From an uncultured bacterium (GTDB lineage Bacteria > SAR324 > NAC60-12): a stretch of DNA of 64,000 nucleotides. Under the pieces are notes generated by a model. The model did not search any database. It saw only the letters and a program-made list of their open reading frames with translations, and was not told the DNA's origin. The translations under genes and the position numbers were made by a program. Below, piece by piece: positions 1-12,389 of this stretch (the first letter of the stretch is position 1; the number at the start of each line of letters is the position of its first letter). The stretch lies in contig CBFIJD010000007.1 of assembly GCA_965662845.1 (NCBI GenBank), positions 39,317-103,316 of the forward strand, given 5' to 3'.

Positions 1-819
1 CCAGCGCCGCTACAGTTCCTCGCGCCTTACTCTGGCGTCAGTATGGGCGAGTACTTCCGCGACAAAGGCAAGCACGTCCTCTGCATTTATGATGACCTCT
101 CCAAGCAAGCGGTCGCCTATCGCCAGCTCTCCCTGCTCTTGCGCCGTCCACCAGGACGCGAAGCCTTCCCGGGAGACGTGTTCTACCTCCACAGTCGTCT
201 GCTGGAGCGCGCGTGTAAATTGAGCGACGAGCAAGGCGCGGGCTCTTTGACGGCTCTGCCTATCATTGAGACCCAAGCTGGAGACGTCTCTGCGTACATT
301 CCAACCAACGTGATCTCCATTACAGACGGTCAGATCTTCTTGAGCACCGACCTCTTCAACTCTGGTGTGCGCCCTGCGATTAACGTCGGTCTCTCGGTCT
401 CTCGCGTCGGTGGAGCCGCTCAGGTGAAAGCGATGAAGAAAGTCGCGGGCACCCTGCGGTTGGACCTCGCTCAGTATCGTGAGAAAGAAGCCTTCGCTCA
501 GTTCGGTAGCGACTTAGACGCAGCGACACAGAAGCAGCTCGCTCGTGGGCAGCGCCTAGTAGAAATTTTGAAGCAACCGCAGTATGCCCCCATGCACTGG
601 GCCGATCAAAGCTTGATCATCTATGCCGCAACCAACGGTTACATCGACGACATCGAGGTCTCTGAAATCCGCAAGTTTGAGCAAGAGTTCCTACAACTCA
701 TGCACGGACAGCACGCAGAAATGCGCGACACCATCATCAAGTCAGGCAAGATCGACGACGTCGTAGACGGACTCAAGTCAGCTCTGGAAGACTTCGTAAA
801 GACTTTCAAGGCCGCCTAA
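1..819 (+). CDS. atpA: F1F0 ATP synthase subunit alpha (5'-truncated by window)
   Basis: Open frame from base 1; motifs [42 protein letters not shown] and SVSRVGG; followed by atpG. Confidence 0.99.
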   Translation, partial: PAPLQFLAPYSGVSMGEYFRDKGKHVLCIYDDLSKQAVAYRQLSLLLRRPPGREAFPGDVFYLHSRLLERACKLSDEQGAGSLTALPIIETQAGDVSAYIPTNVISITDGQIFLSTDLFNSGVRPAINVGLSVSRVGGAAQVKAMKKVAGTLRLDLAQYREKEAFAQFGSDLDAATQKQLARGQRLVEILKQPQYAPMHWADQSLIIYAATNGYIDDIEVSEIRKFEQEFLQLMHGQHAEMRDTIIKSGKIDDVVDGLKSALEDFVKTFKAA

Positions 820-837
820 ACTGATTCCAGCCATCTA

Positions 838-862
838 CTGCCCGGCTACTGTGGTTGGGCAG
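838..862 (+). other. Intercistronic stem-loop between atpA and atpG (possible mRNA stability/stoichiometry element)
   Basis: CTGCCCGGCTA...TGGTTGGGCAG inverted repeat with G-U pairs; no U-tract. Confidence 0.35.
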
Positions 863-881
863 GTCTCCGAGTTAAAATCGA

Positions 882-3183
<2,302 letters not shown>

Positions 3184-3212
3184 TGTTCACCATCTAACGA
3201 GAAAGCAACGTC

Positions 3213-3650
3213 ATGGCGACACCGCTCCAATTGGAGGTCCTCACTCCACGACGCCGTCTCATTCAAACGGAAGCCGAACAGGTGACGTTACCCGGCCAAG
3301 TTGGGGAACTCGGCGTGCTGCCACAGCACATCCCACTCGTCACTATGCTGAACAGTGGTGTCTTGAGCTACTCCACCAACCAGCAGCGCCACCACCTCGC
3401 GGTTCAAGGTGGATATGCCCAAGTCGAAGCCGACCAAGTCATCGTCTTGGTTGAACAAGCTGAGGCTGCAGAAGATATTGACCTGAGCGCAGCTCAAGAG
3501 TCGGAAAGAGACGCTCAGGAACACCTGAAACAGCTGATCAGCGCGCCTCCCGAAGACGGAGACTACGACGCGCAGCAGCGCCGTGTCAGCCAATACGAAA
3601 CGCAGCTGATGTGGGCTCTGGCTCGTCAACAAGTCGGCAACCTCAAGTAA
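3213..3650 (+). CDS. atpC: ATP synthase subunit epsilon
   Basis: LEVLTP...LPGQVGELGVLPQH motif; last gene of the atp operon. Confidence 0.95.
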   Translation: MATPLQLEVLTPRRRLIQTEAEQVTLPGQVGELGVLPQHIPLVTMLNSGVLSYSTNQQRHHLAVQGGYAQVEADQVIVLVEQAEAAEDIDLSAAQESERDAQEHLKQLISAPPEDGDYDAQQRRVSQYETQLMWALARQQVGNLK

Positions 3651-3659
3651 GTCTCCACG

Positions 3660-3678
3660 GCCCTGCTCTCTGCAGGGC
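3660..3678. terminator. Hairpin between convergent atpC and rlmE (probable terminator)
   Basis: GCCCTGC-TCTCT-GCAGGGC perfect 7-bp stem followed by pyrimidines. Confidence 0.5.
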
Positions 3679-3692
3679 TCTCCTCTCATCGC

Positions 3693-4295
3693 TCAGTCAG
3701 CTTCCTCATCGACGGCCCTCATCTTCTCGCCAAGCAAAAAAATCTCTACGCTTTCATTCCGCGAACTCTTAGGTTTGCAGGTCTTCACGTTCATGAACAT
3801 GCGCCGAAAATCCGCTCTTAGCTTCTCGAAGGGAGCCCCTTGGAACGCCTTCACCAGCAACGATCCTCCTTGCTTGAGATGCTGTTGGGCCAGCCAGAGC
3901 ACTTGCTGATTTAGAGCGTAAGAGCGATCGGCATCCGCAGCGCGTACACCACTCGTTTTCGGAGCCATATCGCTCAAAATTACATCAAATGGCTCCTGCC
4001 ACCAGTGCTCGTCGCTGGTGTCGAGCGCAAAGACATCCGCTTGAACGACCTCCGCGTTTTGCGGCAGCGCCAATGTCACAGGTTGCAAATCCACTCCTAA
4101 CAGGCGCCCGCGCTCTCCGATTTGCTTCAACGTGTATTGCATCCATGAGCCAGGACAGCACCCCACATCGAGCACCTTCTGACCGCTCCGCAACAGACCA
4201 TGCTTGCGGTTGATCTCTTCGAGTTTGTAGGCAGAACGCGCAACATATCCGTCGCGCTTGGCTTGTTTGAAATAGTGATCCTGCACTTTTTTCAT
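3693..4295 (-). CDS. rlmE: 23S rRNA Um2552 2'-O-methyltransferase (RlmE/FtsJ)
   Basis: GYVARSAYKL, LDVGCCPGSW, ILSDMAP and KPKSSRNESVE motifs. Confidence 0.95.
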   Translation of the reverse strand: MKKVQDHYFKQAKRDGYVARSAYKLEEINRKHGLLRSGQKVLDVGCCPGSWMQYTLKQIGERGRLLGVDLQPVTLALPQNAEVVQADVFALDTSDEHWWQEPFDVILSDMAPKTSGVRAADADRSYALNQQVLWLAQQHLKQGGSLLVKAFQGAPFEKLRADFRRMFMNVKTCKPKSSRNESVEIFLLGEKMRAVDEEAD

Positions 4296-4391
4296 GGGCA
4301 TGGCTGGGACAGAGGGTTGTTGATTTGCCTTTTCAAACGGATTTCCGTAGAAATTTGGTCTTTATTTGTTCCGCTCAACGAAAGGAGAGTT

Positions 4392-4763
4392 ATGGACTTC
4401 AAAGTTGCAGGTCTCACTCCGGCGAGTTTCTCTGATTATCTGGACACCAGCCGCTCCAACGGGATTTCTCCGATTTCCATGCAGGAGATCCGAACCCTGC
4501 GCCAGAATTTTGAACGCGAGTGTGAGCCTCTACGAGCTGCGCTGGGGCCTGTAGAACACCAAACGATGCTGGTGACGATGTATGAAGGGACAGAAAAGCT
4601 CTTGAACCAACGACTGCCGACATTTGCCGTCCACGCTTTTTTGGAGGACTTGAAACTCAGCGCCCAAGAATTGCGACAACAAGGGATCTCCGATCGCGAG
4701 TTTCGTCAACAGCTCATGCAAGACACCCAATCTAAGCTCCAAAGCCTCCTGAACAACGGCTAA
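4392..4763 (+). CDS. Hypothetical alpha-helical protein (123 aa)
   Basis: AAGGAG RBS before ATG at 4392; fills the gap between rlmE and the SRPBCC gene. Confidence 0.7.
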   Translation: MDFKVAGLTPASFSDYLDTSRSNGISPISMQEIRTLRQNFERECEPLRAALGPVEHQTMLVTMYEGTEKLLNQRLPTFAVHAFLEDLKLSAQELRQQGISDREFRQQLMQDTQSKLQSLLNNG

Positions 4764-4843
4764 CTCTCTCCCGCTTCTGCTTGCATTCCCCTCCTGCCTC
4801 GCTATTCTTATTGGCTTTTTTGCCACACCTTCTCTAGCTAGCA

Positions 4844-5284
4844 ATGCACCTGCGCTTTTCTACGCCTGTTACGGCGCCTGTCTCGGCAGTCTGGGACGGC
4901 TTCACCAGAGAGCTTTTCCTCGCCTTATCTCCTCCCTTTCCTCCCGTTCGACTCTTGCGCTTTGACGGATGCAAGCAGGGAGACGAGGTTCATTTGGAGC
5001 TGCGCTTTGGCCTGCGCAACGAGCGCTGGGAGAGTCGCATCGTCGAAGAGTCCCACTCGCCAGAAGCCTCGCTCTTTGTGGACGAAGGAACCCGTCTGCC
5101 TTTCTTTCTCAAGACGTGGCGTCACGAACACCGGATCGAAGCGACGGAGACGGGGGCGTTGATCGTGGATCAGATTGAATATAGCGCCCCGTTTCATATG
5201 CTCGACTACCTGCTGTGGCCCACGCTTTGGCTGCAATTTCGCTATCGCCGTCCCATCTATCAACGCCACTTCGGCAAACCTTGA
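4844..5284 (+). CDS. SRPBCC/START-like ligand-binding protein
   Basis: APVSAVW...FVDEG.LPF..WRHEH...D.IEY pattern typical of SRPBCC family. Confidence 0.8.
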   Translation: MHLRFSTPVTAPVSAVWDGFTRELFLALSPPFPPVRLLRFDGCKQGDEVHLELRFGLRNERWESRIVEESHSPEASLFVDEGTRLPFFLKTWRHEHRIEATETGALIVDQIEYSAPFHMLDYLLWPTLWLQFRYRRPIYQRHFGKP

Positions 5285-5298
5285 CAGATTGTTTGTTC

Positions 5299-6462
5299 AT
5301 GCTGCTGATTCGTTCTCTCACGGCGCTTTGCGGCGTGTTCTCAATTTTTGGATCTTTTGCTTGGGCGACTCAAGGAGTCACCGACCAAGAAATCCGCGTC
5401 GGTACACACACCGCGTTGAGCGGGCCAGCGGCGGCGTGGGGGCTTGGATCTGTCCGCGCGATCCGCTTTCACTTTGACGAAATCAACGCCCAAGGAGGCG
5501 TGCACGGCAGAAAGCTGCGCCTCATCGCAGAAGATCATCAATACCAAGTCGTCCGCGCTCGTCAGGCCGCTAACAAACTCATCCGCAACGACCAAGTCTT
5601 TGTGATGCTCTCCGCGCTGGGCACGAGCATGAACAACGTCGCGTGGCCGCTACAAGCGCAATACGAAGTGCCGAATTTGTTTCCATATACGTCTGCGCGC
5701 TCGATGTCTGAACCGTTGCATCGACTGAAATTCACGGCAAGCGTTTCGTATTTTGCACAAGCGAGCGCGACCGTACGTTATTTTCAACGGCAAGGCTATG
5801 AGCGCTTCTGTCTGATGCACCAAAACACCGACTATGGACGCGAGGCACTGGAGGGAGTGGAAGCAGAATTGCAGTCACAGGGGCTCTCGCTCACAGCAGT
5901 GGCCGCCCACAGCCCAACCGAGACCAACTTTCTCAACACGTTGCTTCGCCTCCGCGCACAACAATGTGAAGTCCTCTTGTTAGGAACCATCCTCGGCGAT
6001 ACGATCCGGATTCTGAAAACGCGTCACCAGCTCCAGTGGGAACTCCCCACCGTTGGGAACGTCTCTGCCTACGATCAACTCATTGTGGAACAGGCGGGTG
6101 AGGCTGCCGAAGACTTTTATGCGACCGCTTCCATCGAGATGCTCTACGCAGATGCGCTGCCCACTCCAGAGAGCAAGCGCTTCTTTGCGAGCTATCGGCA
6201 GCAACATGGGGAGTCTCCAAACAACGCGGTGCAAATGGCCTATTTCTACGCTCGTATTTTCACTCACGCGCTGCGGCAGGTTGGCCCCACATTGACGACG
6301 GCAGCGCTCGTGCAAACCCTGGAATCCATGAACGACTATCGTGATCCGCTGGGAGGGCCAACGCTGCAATTTGGACCAAATGATCACGCTGGCATCGAAG
6401 CGCCGCTGCTCGCCCAAATTCGCAACGGGCGCTGGATCACGGTCACGTCCACTCTGCCCTGA
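5299..6462 (+). CDS. ABC transporter substrate-binding protein, branched-chain amino acid (LivK/Peripla_BP_6) family
   Basis: Signal peptide; GVTDQEIRVG..LSGPAA and GGVHGRKLRLIAED motifs; no permease genes adjacent. Confidence 0.9.
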   Translation: MLLIRSLTALCGVFSIFGSFAWATQGVTDQEIRVGTHTALSGPAAAWGLGSVRAIRFHFDEINAQGGVHGRKLRLIAEDHQYQVVRARQAANKLIRNDQVFVMLSALGTSMNNVAWPLQAQYEVPNLFPYTSARSMSEPLHRLKFTASVSYFAQASATVRYFQRQGYERFCLMHQNTDYGREALEGVEAELQSQGLSLTAVAAHSPTETNFLNTLLRLRAQQCEVLLLGTILGDTIRILKTRHQLQWELPTVGNVSAYDQLIVEQAGEAAEDFYATASIEMLYADALPTPESKRFFASYRQQHGESPNNAVQMAYFYARIFTHALRQVGPTLTTAALVQTLESMNDYRDPLGGPTLQFGPNDHAGIEAPLLAQIRNGRWITVTSTLP

Positions 6463-6468
6463 GCACTT

Positions 6469-7536
6469 ATGCAAACCTTACGCGTTCTCTTGACTGGCGG
6501 CGGGTCTGGCGGCCCAACCACTCCACTGATTGCTGTCGCTGAAGTCTTTCGACAAGACGACTCTGCGGAAGTCCGCTTTGTCGGTACAAAAAATGGCCCT
6601 GAACGACAAATGGCAGAAGCCGCAGGGATTCCGTTTTGTGCCATTCCCTCTGGAAAACTCCGCCGCTATTTCAGCTGGCAGAACTTCACCGACCCCTTTC
6701 GGATTCTGATGGGCGCAGGCTATGCGCTGGGACATCTGCGCGATTTTCAGCCGCATGTGATCGTCTCTGCGGGGAGCTTTGTGAGCGTCCCGGTGGCTGC
6801 GGTGGCCAAGCTGCTCAGAGTGCCGCACGTCTGTCTACAAATGGACGCGCTGCCGGGCTTGGCCAACCGCCTGATGGTGCCCTTCACGACGGCGATGGCT
6901 TATTACTTCCCCACGTCTGAAGCTGCGTTTCAAAAAGTACCGCGCCGAGAGCACGTCGGGCCTGTGGTACGCAGCGCGATCATCCAGTCCAAAGCGGAAC
7001 GCGCGAACGCGCGCTTCGGGCTCGATCCCCAGCGTCCTCTGCTCCTGGTTACTGGCGGCGGGCAGGGCTCTGCCGGCCTCAACCAAGCCGTCACATCGGT
7101 GCTCCCGTTGTTGCTGGAGCGCTTTCAGGTTGTGCACCTCACGGGCAAAGGGGGGGAAGCCGCGCCACCTCAGGCGGGCTATCAGGCTCTGGAGTTTGTG
7201 CACGAAGGCATGGGGGACTTACTGGCTCGTAGCCAACTGGTCGTCACCCGCGCGGGGCTCGGTATTTTGGGAGAGCTCGCGGCGTTGGGGAGAGATGTTG
7301 TGCTGGTTCCGCTGCCGAACAGCCATCAAGAGCAGAACGCCCGCGCGATTGTGGAGCAAAACGCGGCGACGCTGCTGCCGCAAGCGGAGTTTCAGGGCAA
7401 TGGAAGCGCTTGGTGGCGTGCGTTTCTTGAGACCTACACTCCCCACGACACCGGACAACGCTTGCTCTCTTTCTGGCCTCCACAGGGTACGGAGGCTTTC
7501 GTCACTTTGATTCGCGATGTCGCGAAGACTCATTAA
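6469..7536 (+). CDS. murG: MurG-like GT28 glycosyltransferase
   Basis: TGGGSGG loop, GKLRRY, PGLANR, GGGQGS, RAG..E and HQEQNA motifs; outside any dcw cluster. Confidence 0.8.
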   Translation: MQTLRVLLTGGGSGGPTTPLIAVAEVFRQDDSAEVRFVGTKNGPERQMAEAAGIPFCAIPSGKLRRYFSWQNFTDPFRILMGAGYALGHLRDFQPHVIVSAGSFVSVPVAAVAKLLRVPHVCLQMDALPGLANRLMVPFTTAMAYYFPTSEAAFQKVPRREHVGPVVRSAIIQSKAERANARFGLDPQRPLLLVTGGGQGSAGLNQAVTSVLPLLLERFQVVHLTGKGGEAAPPQAGYQALEFVHEGMGDLLARSQLVVTRAGLGILGELAALGRDVVLVPLPNSHQEQNARAIVEQNAATLLPQAEFQGNGSAWWRAFLETYTPHDTGQRLLSFWPPQGTEAFVTLIRDVAKTH

Positions 7537-7553
7537 CTTTACAGGGGATCAAC

Positions 7554-9326
7554 ATGGAACTGCGCTATCAGAATCTGGTGGAAATGATGGAGCGCTGCTG
7601 CGCGGAGTACGCCGACCGACCCATGTTCGGCACCAAAGAGAACGAGACGTATCAGTGGGTGTCGTTCAAGGAGTTTGGGGAAACCGTGACCGACTTACGA
7701 GGCGCGCTCACCAGTCTGGGGGTCGGGGAAGGCGACAGCGTGGGCGTGATCGCCGACAACATGATCCCTTGGGTGACGATGGCATATGCGACCTACAGCG
7801 TCGGCGGGATCTATGTGCCCATGTACACAAAGCAACAAGTGGATGAGTGGAAGTACATTTTGCGGGACGCGAACTGCAAGATCCTGCTCGTTGCTACCGA
7901 GTCGCTCTACCGAGCCGCGGAGTCATGGAAAAGCGATCTGCCAGACTTAGAGCAGGTCATTTTGTTGACAGAACCCAAGTCCGATGAGCCCCTGCTGACT
8001 TACGCGCAGCTTCTCAAAAACGGAAAAGAGCACCCGTGGGTCGCGCCCGTGTACCCCGAACCAGACAAGCTGATGGGGATGATCTACACCTCGGGGACCA
8101 CGGGGATGCCCAAAGGCGTGCAGATGAGCCACCGCACCGTCCTGCTTACGCTACAGGCGGGCCTAGAAGCGATCCCCGCAAACGCCGATGACCGCACGCT
8201 CGCCTTCCTGCCGTGGGCGCACATCTTCGGGCAAATCTGCGAAGTGCATGGGCTCATCTGGGAAGGGTTCTCAGCCGCGATGCTGCAAAACCTCGGAAAA
8301 CTGGTCGATGAGCTTGGCGAGGTTCGACCGACGATGCTGTTCGCGGTGCCGCGTGTTTACAACCGCATCCACGAGAAGTTGCACCTGCAGATCTACAGCA
8401 AGTCTCCGACGCTCTACGCCTTGTTTGAGAAGGGGCTGGTCTGTTCTTCAAAGCGCCGTCGTGGTGAGCGCTTGCTGCCGCATGAGTGGTTGATCTTCAA
8501 AATTTGCGACAAGCTGTTCTTCTCAAAAGTGCGCGCGAAGTTTGGCGGGCGGTTACGCTTTGCCTATAGCGGGGGGAGCGCCCTCAATGCGGAAGTGATT
8601 GAGTTCATGCAGAACATGGGCATCAACCTGATGGAAGGCTACGGACTCAGCGAGGTCATCGCGGCAGTGAATCGTCCCGAACGCCAAAAGATTGGCGCCG
8701 TCGGGCAAGTGCTGTCAGACGTTCGCATCGAGATTGACCAGTCCGTCAGCTCGGGTGATAGCCGTGATGGGGAGATCGTCATTTACGGTCCGCTGGTCAC
8801 CCCGGGCTATCACAACTTGCCGGAAGAAAACGCCAAGTCCTTCACGTCCGATGGCGGCTTCCGCACCGGTGATGTCGGACACTTTGATGAAGAGGGCTAC
8901 CTGCACATCACGGGGCGCGTGAAAGAGATCTACAAACTTGAGAATGGTAAATACATCGCGCCAGCGCTCTTAGAAGAAGCGATCAAGCTCAGCCCGTTTG
9001 TGAATCAGGTCATGATCTATGGCTTCCAGAAGGTCTACAACGTGGCGCTAGTGGTGGTGGAATTGGAGGCGATCCAGTCTTACGCAGAGCGCAACGACAT
9101 GCAGGGAGAGGTCAGCGATTGGCTACGGTCGGAAGAAATTCAGGATTTGATGAAGAAAGAAATCCGCAAGCACACCAAAGATTTTCAAGATTATGAGCGC
9201 CCTAAGCGGTTTCACTTGCTCACAGAGGAGTGGACGGTCGAGAACAATCTGATCACTCCAACATTGAAGTTGAAGCGTAATTTGGTCGAGCAGCGCTTCC
9301 AGAAAGAGTTGGAAGCCATGTATTGA
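7554..9326 (+). CDS. fadD: Long-chain fatty acid-CoA ligase
   Basis: YTSGTTGMPKG AMP-binding motif, EGYGLSE, FRTGD and TPTLKLKR. Confidence 0.9.
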   Translation: MELRYQNLVEMMERCCAEYADRPMFGTKENETYQWVSFKEFGETVTDLRGALTSLGVGEGDSVGVIADNMIPWVTMAYATYSVGGIYVPMYTKQQVDEWKYILRDANCKILLVATESLYRAAESWKSDLPDLEQVILLTEPKSDEPLLTYAQLLKNGKEHPWVAPVYPEPDKLMGMIYTSGTTGMPKGVQMSHRTVLLTLQAGLEAIPANADDRTLAFLPWAHIFGQICEVHGLIWEGFSAAMLQNLGKLVDELGEVRPTMLFAVPRVYNRIHEKLHLQIYSKSPTLYALFEKGLVCSSKRRRGERLLPHEWLIFKICDKLFFSKVRAKFGGRLRFAYSGGSALNAEVIEFMQNMGINLMEGYGLSEVIAAVNRPERQKIGAVGQVLSDVRIEIDQSVSSGDSRDGEIVIYGPLVTPGYHNLPEENAKSFTSDGGFRTGDVGHFDEEGYLHITGRVKEIYKLENGKYIAPALLEEAIKLSPFVNQVMIYGFQKVYNVALVVVELEAIQSYAERNDMQGEVSDWLRSEEIQDLMKKEIRKHTKDFQDYERPKRFHLLTEEWTVENNLITPTLKLKRNLVEQRFQKELEAMY

Positions 9327-9902
9327 TCAAAACCACTGCTGGAGGGCTCCCCAAATGGCGTCTTTTCCCATCTTTGCCAGCGAAGAGTGCGGCAAGGGAT
9401 CAGACGCGAGCCCCAGCTCGTCACGCACGAGCTTCAGCTGCTTCTGATATTGCCCACGCTTCAGCTTATCCATCTTGTTCGCGATCACCAGCACAGGCTT
9501 TTCATAATAATCTAGCCACTCTTTCATCTGCTTATCATTGTTGTTGGGCCCATGTCGCACATCAATGATCAACACGACCCCCTTCAGCACCGCTCGATCC
9601 GATAAATATCCTTCAATCATGGGTTGCCATTGGCGCTGCACCGCCGTGGGCACCTTGGCGTAGCCATATCCGGGCAAGTCGACTAACTGAAAATCATCGT
9701 TGATGCGGAAGAAATTGATGAGTTGGGTTTTGCCCGGCGTGGAGCTGGTTTTGACGAGCCCCTTGCGGTTGAGCAGCGAGTTGATGAGGGTGGACTTGCC
9801 GACATTGGATTTGCCGGCGAAGGCGATCTCTGAGAGTTCTGGGGGAGGGTACTGATCGGAGTTCGCCGCGCTTTTCACAAACTCGGCGGTGTGAATTTTC
9901 AT
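9327..9902 (-). CDS. engB: Ribosome biogenesis GTPase EngB/YihA/YsxC
   Basis: GKSNVGKS, PGKTQ, DLPGYGY and NKMD motifs. Confidence 0.97.
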   Translation of the reverse strand: MKIHTAEFVKSAANSDQYPPPELSEIAFAGKSNVGKSTLINSLLNRKGLVKTSSTPGKTQLINFFRINDDFQLVDLPGYGYAKVPTAVQRQWQPMIEGYLSDRAVLKGVVLIIDVRHGPNNNDKQMKEWLDYYEKPVLVIANKMDKLKRGQYQKQLKLVRDELGLASDPLPHSSLAKMGKDAIWGALQQWF

Positions 9903-10798
9903 GACTCATCTTCCGCGCGCTTGTTTTCCTGCAACGTGACACGATCGACATTTTCCTGTGCATCGGGATCGTCCACCATCTCGGCAGGGATTGCCAAGTA
10001 GCGCTGCGCTTGCTGTCGCAAGTGCTCTTCGCGACAAGCCGGTTCGTTGCGGGAGAGGTCCAAGTAGAGCAAAACTGTTACAATCGAGGCATAAGGATAG
10101 AACAAGAGCGCAGTCAGGTATTGCGCTTGCCGCAAGGCGGTCATGAACTCATCGCTGCCCAAAGTATCGCTGATTGCTTGATCAATTTCGCCCTCTGCAG
10201 AGAGCAAGGCACCAAAGTTGATTTCCGGCATAAAGAACTGCAACAGCAACACAAAGAGCGCGAATTGCAGAAGCGTTGTGAACACGATCGTCCCAAACGT
10301 CCTGCCAAGACGACTCTTCGTCAGCTGAAAGCTCCGCACCAGCGCTTGCAATCCCCGCAAGTCTTCCAGAATGCAGACGGGCTGCGCGATCGCGAACACG
10401 AAAATACTGCCCAGCCACATCGCAACCAAGATCACGTTCATCGGCGGAGGGAACACCAGCCCAGTCATGCCAAAGATGAACAGCAAATACTGCAAGATGC
10501 CCACGTGCAGGGGACGGAGGGCCGTGCGAGACAAAAACTGCTGCAAGATCGTGCCTGTCGGGAAAATGCCCGCAAATAAGATCGACAAGATGCCGAGCAT
10601 CACGCCAGCTTCGAGCAGTCGCATCATCAAAAAGAGCACAACGCTCTCGGTTTCCATCAAGTCTGCGAGGCTCAAGCCCATCGCTGGCAACAACAAAACG
10701 AGCGTCAGGCTCAAGATCGGTACCAGATGTGCTCGATAAATCTGCCAACTCTGAACAAAAATAGAAAAGATCGAAGGAGACGGAGGAATAACGCTCAT
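9899..10798 (-). CDS. Hypothetical multi-pass membrane protein
   Basis: About 6 hydrophobic segments; ALVRSFQLT motif seen in GDPD-membrane/YciC-like proteins; stop overlaps the engB start. Confidence 0.7.
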   Translation of the reverse strand: MSVIPPSPSIFSIFVQSWQIYRAHLVPILSLTLVLLLPAMGLSLADLMETESVVLFLMMRLLEAGVMLGILSILFAGIFPTGTILQQFLSRTALRPLHVGILQYLLFIFGMTGLVFPPPMNVILVAMWLGSIFVFAIAQPVCILEDLRGLQALVRSFQLTKSRLGRTFGTIVFTTLLQFALFVLLLQFFMPEINFGALLSAEGEIDQAISDTLGSDEFMTALRQAQYLTALLFYPYASIVTVLLYLDLSRNEPACREEHLRQQAQRYLAIPAEMVDDPDAQENVDRVTLQENKRAEDES

Positions 10799-10888
10799 GC
10801 AGTGCTTTGGTAAGACAAGTTGGAATGTTTGGGAAGTGGACGCAGAAGACGGTCGCCCAAAGTGGGGATTTTGTGGTGCAATGAGAAA

Positions 10889-11911
10889 ATGATGAAAGAA
10901 AAAAATATAACCCGAACACAAACGGCTTTACAAGTCGAAGCCTCGCAACAAACCTTGCCGGATGAGTCGGATCTCATCATCCACGAGTTGAATCAAAAAC
11001 TCGCGGTGCTGCGGCAGCAACTGCTAAATTATGAGCACAAACGCTCCCGCAAGGCGGCTGCGGATCCGGAACATCAGCAAACCACGCAGCGCCTCCGCGA
11101 GCGCATCGCGCGGCAGGAAGAGCAAGTCCAACGCCTCCGCGAAGAAAAAGCCGCCGCGCAGTTCCAAGCGGAGATGCTGCCCCGTACGGTCGACACCCTG
11201 CGCGAGCCTGTTACGCAGGTTCATGAACAGCTAGACCTGCTGCTTCAGAAAATTGAAGACCCAGAGGTGCGGCGAGCACTCCAGCAGTGTCAACAATTGG
11301 CGACACAAATGCTCGTCGACGCTGAGGCCCAATGTGCCTCCGCAGAAGAGATCAACAAGCACTACGAACCCCAAAAACGCGCCGTCGAATTGCTGCGATT
11401 TTTTCGCAATGTCGCGAGGAATTACACACAGAAAGAGGAATGTCCCCTGCGCCTTTTCGCTTCCCCCCGACTGCCCCAGCAAATGCTGGTTGACCCTGCC
11501 GGTCTCCGTAGAGCCTTGGGCGCTTTGATGCAAGAGGCGCATCGCCGCAATCCTGACAAGCAGCTCCAGCTGCTGCTGCAACCCAAAGAGGGGCAGGCCT
11601 CTTCCGAATTGCAGATCACCATCAAAGGCGGCTCTCCGTGGCAGATCCCCCCCGTGGAGAGCTGGGGGCGCTACCTTGAGCACGCCATGACTGATGATCA
11701 CAGCAACGATGAAGAAAAAGCTGAGTTGTTGGTGGGACGAAAGATTGTGCAGGCGCATCAGGGGAAAATCTCGTTGCGCCGCGAGGGGGGAGATGTCGTT
11801 GGGCTAGAGGTCAACTTGCCGCTAGCGGCTCCAAGCGCTCTGAACGGTCAGGCCTATCCAGCCAGCGCCCAGAGCAACCGCGATGCTTCTACCACCGCGA
11901 CGAATCCTTAG
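10889..11911 (+). CDS. Coiled-coil + degenerate histidine kinase-like protein (probable pseudokinase)
   Basis: VDTLREP at the H-box position; RKIVQAHQGKISL HATPase C-terminal signature; N and G boxes absent. Confidence 0.65.
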   Translation: MMKEKNITRTQTALQVEASQQTLPDESDLIIHELNQKLAVLRQQLLNYEHKRSRKAAADPEHQQTTQRLRERIARQEEQVQRLREEKAAAQFQAEMLPRTVDTLREPVTQVHEQLDLLLQKIEDPEVRRALQQCQQLATQMLVDAEAQCASAEEINKHYEPQKRAVELLRFFRNVARNYTQKEECPLRLFASPRLPQQMLVDPAGLRRALGALMQEAHRRNPDKQLQLLLQPKEGQASSELQITIKGGSPWQIPPVESWGRYLEHAMTDDHSNDEEKAELLVGRKIVQAHQGKISLRREGGDVVGLEVNLPLAAPSALNGQAYPASAQSNRDASTTATNP

Positions 11912-11916
11912 TTTTG

Positions 11917-12321
11917 TTAGGCCGTGCCCGACTGGGAAGACGAAGCCTGAGCCTCTGCTTTTGTCGCCGCCTGATTCTGCTCTACGCGCTCTTGCATCTT
12001 ATCTTGCCCTTTCTCAAAAGCGCTCGCTAGCGATTCCAGCTTTTCACCTGTGCTCATCTTCGATAAGTTCAGCGTTCCCATTTTGTTGGCCACCCCACCA
12101 AAGTCATTCTCGAACGATTGCTTGATCTCCTTGACCTCCAAATCCCGTTCGAGATTGTCCATTTCGGTCTGCACGGTGTTGCGCACCTCGTTGGTCGCCC
12201 GCTTGAACTCCACAAGTCCTTTGCCAACCGAACGCAACACTCCTGGCAGTTGCTTGGGGCCAATAAAAATCAGAGCCACGACAGTGATCAGGATAAGCTC
12301 TGGAAGACCGATTCCGAACAT
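11917..12321 (-). CDS. tatB: Twin-arginine translocase subunit TatB (TatA/B family)
   Basis: MFGIGLPEL...IGPKQLP TM + amphipathic helix; AGGAG RBS. Confidence 0.85.
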   Translation of the reverse strand: MFGIGLPELILITVVALIFIGPKQLPGVLRSVGKGLVEFKRATNEVRNTVQTEMDNLERDLEVKEIKQSFENDFGGVANKMGTLNLSKMSTGEKLESLASAFEKGQDKMQERVEQNQAATKAEAQASSSQSGTA

Positions 12322-12389
12322 GATTGCTCCTTTTTGACGAACACGTTGCAAAAGCCTGCACTTATATCCTTCCCGCCGAGGAAACGCAA

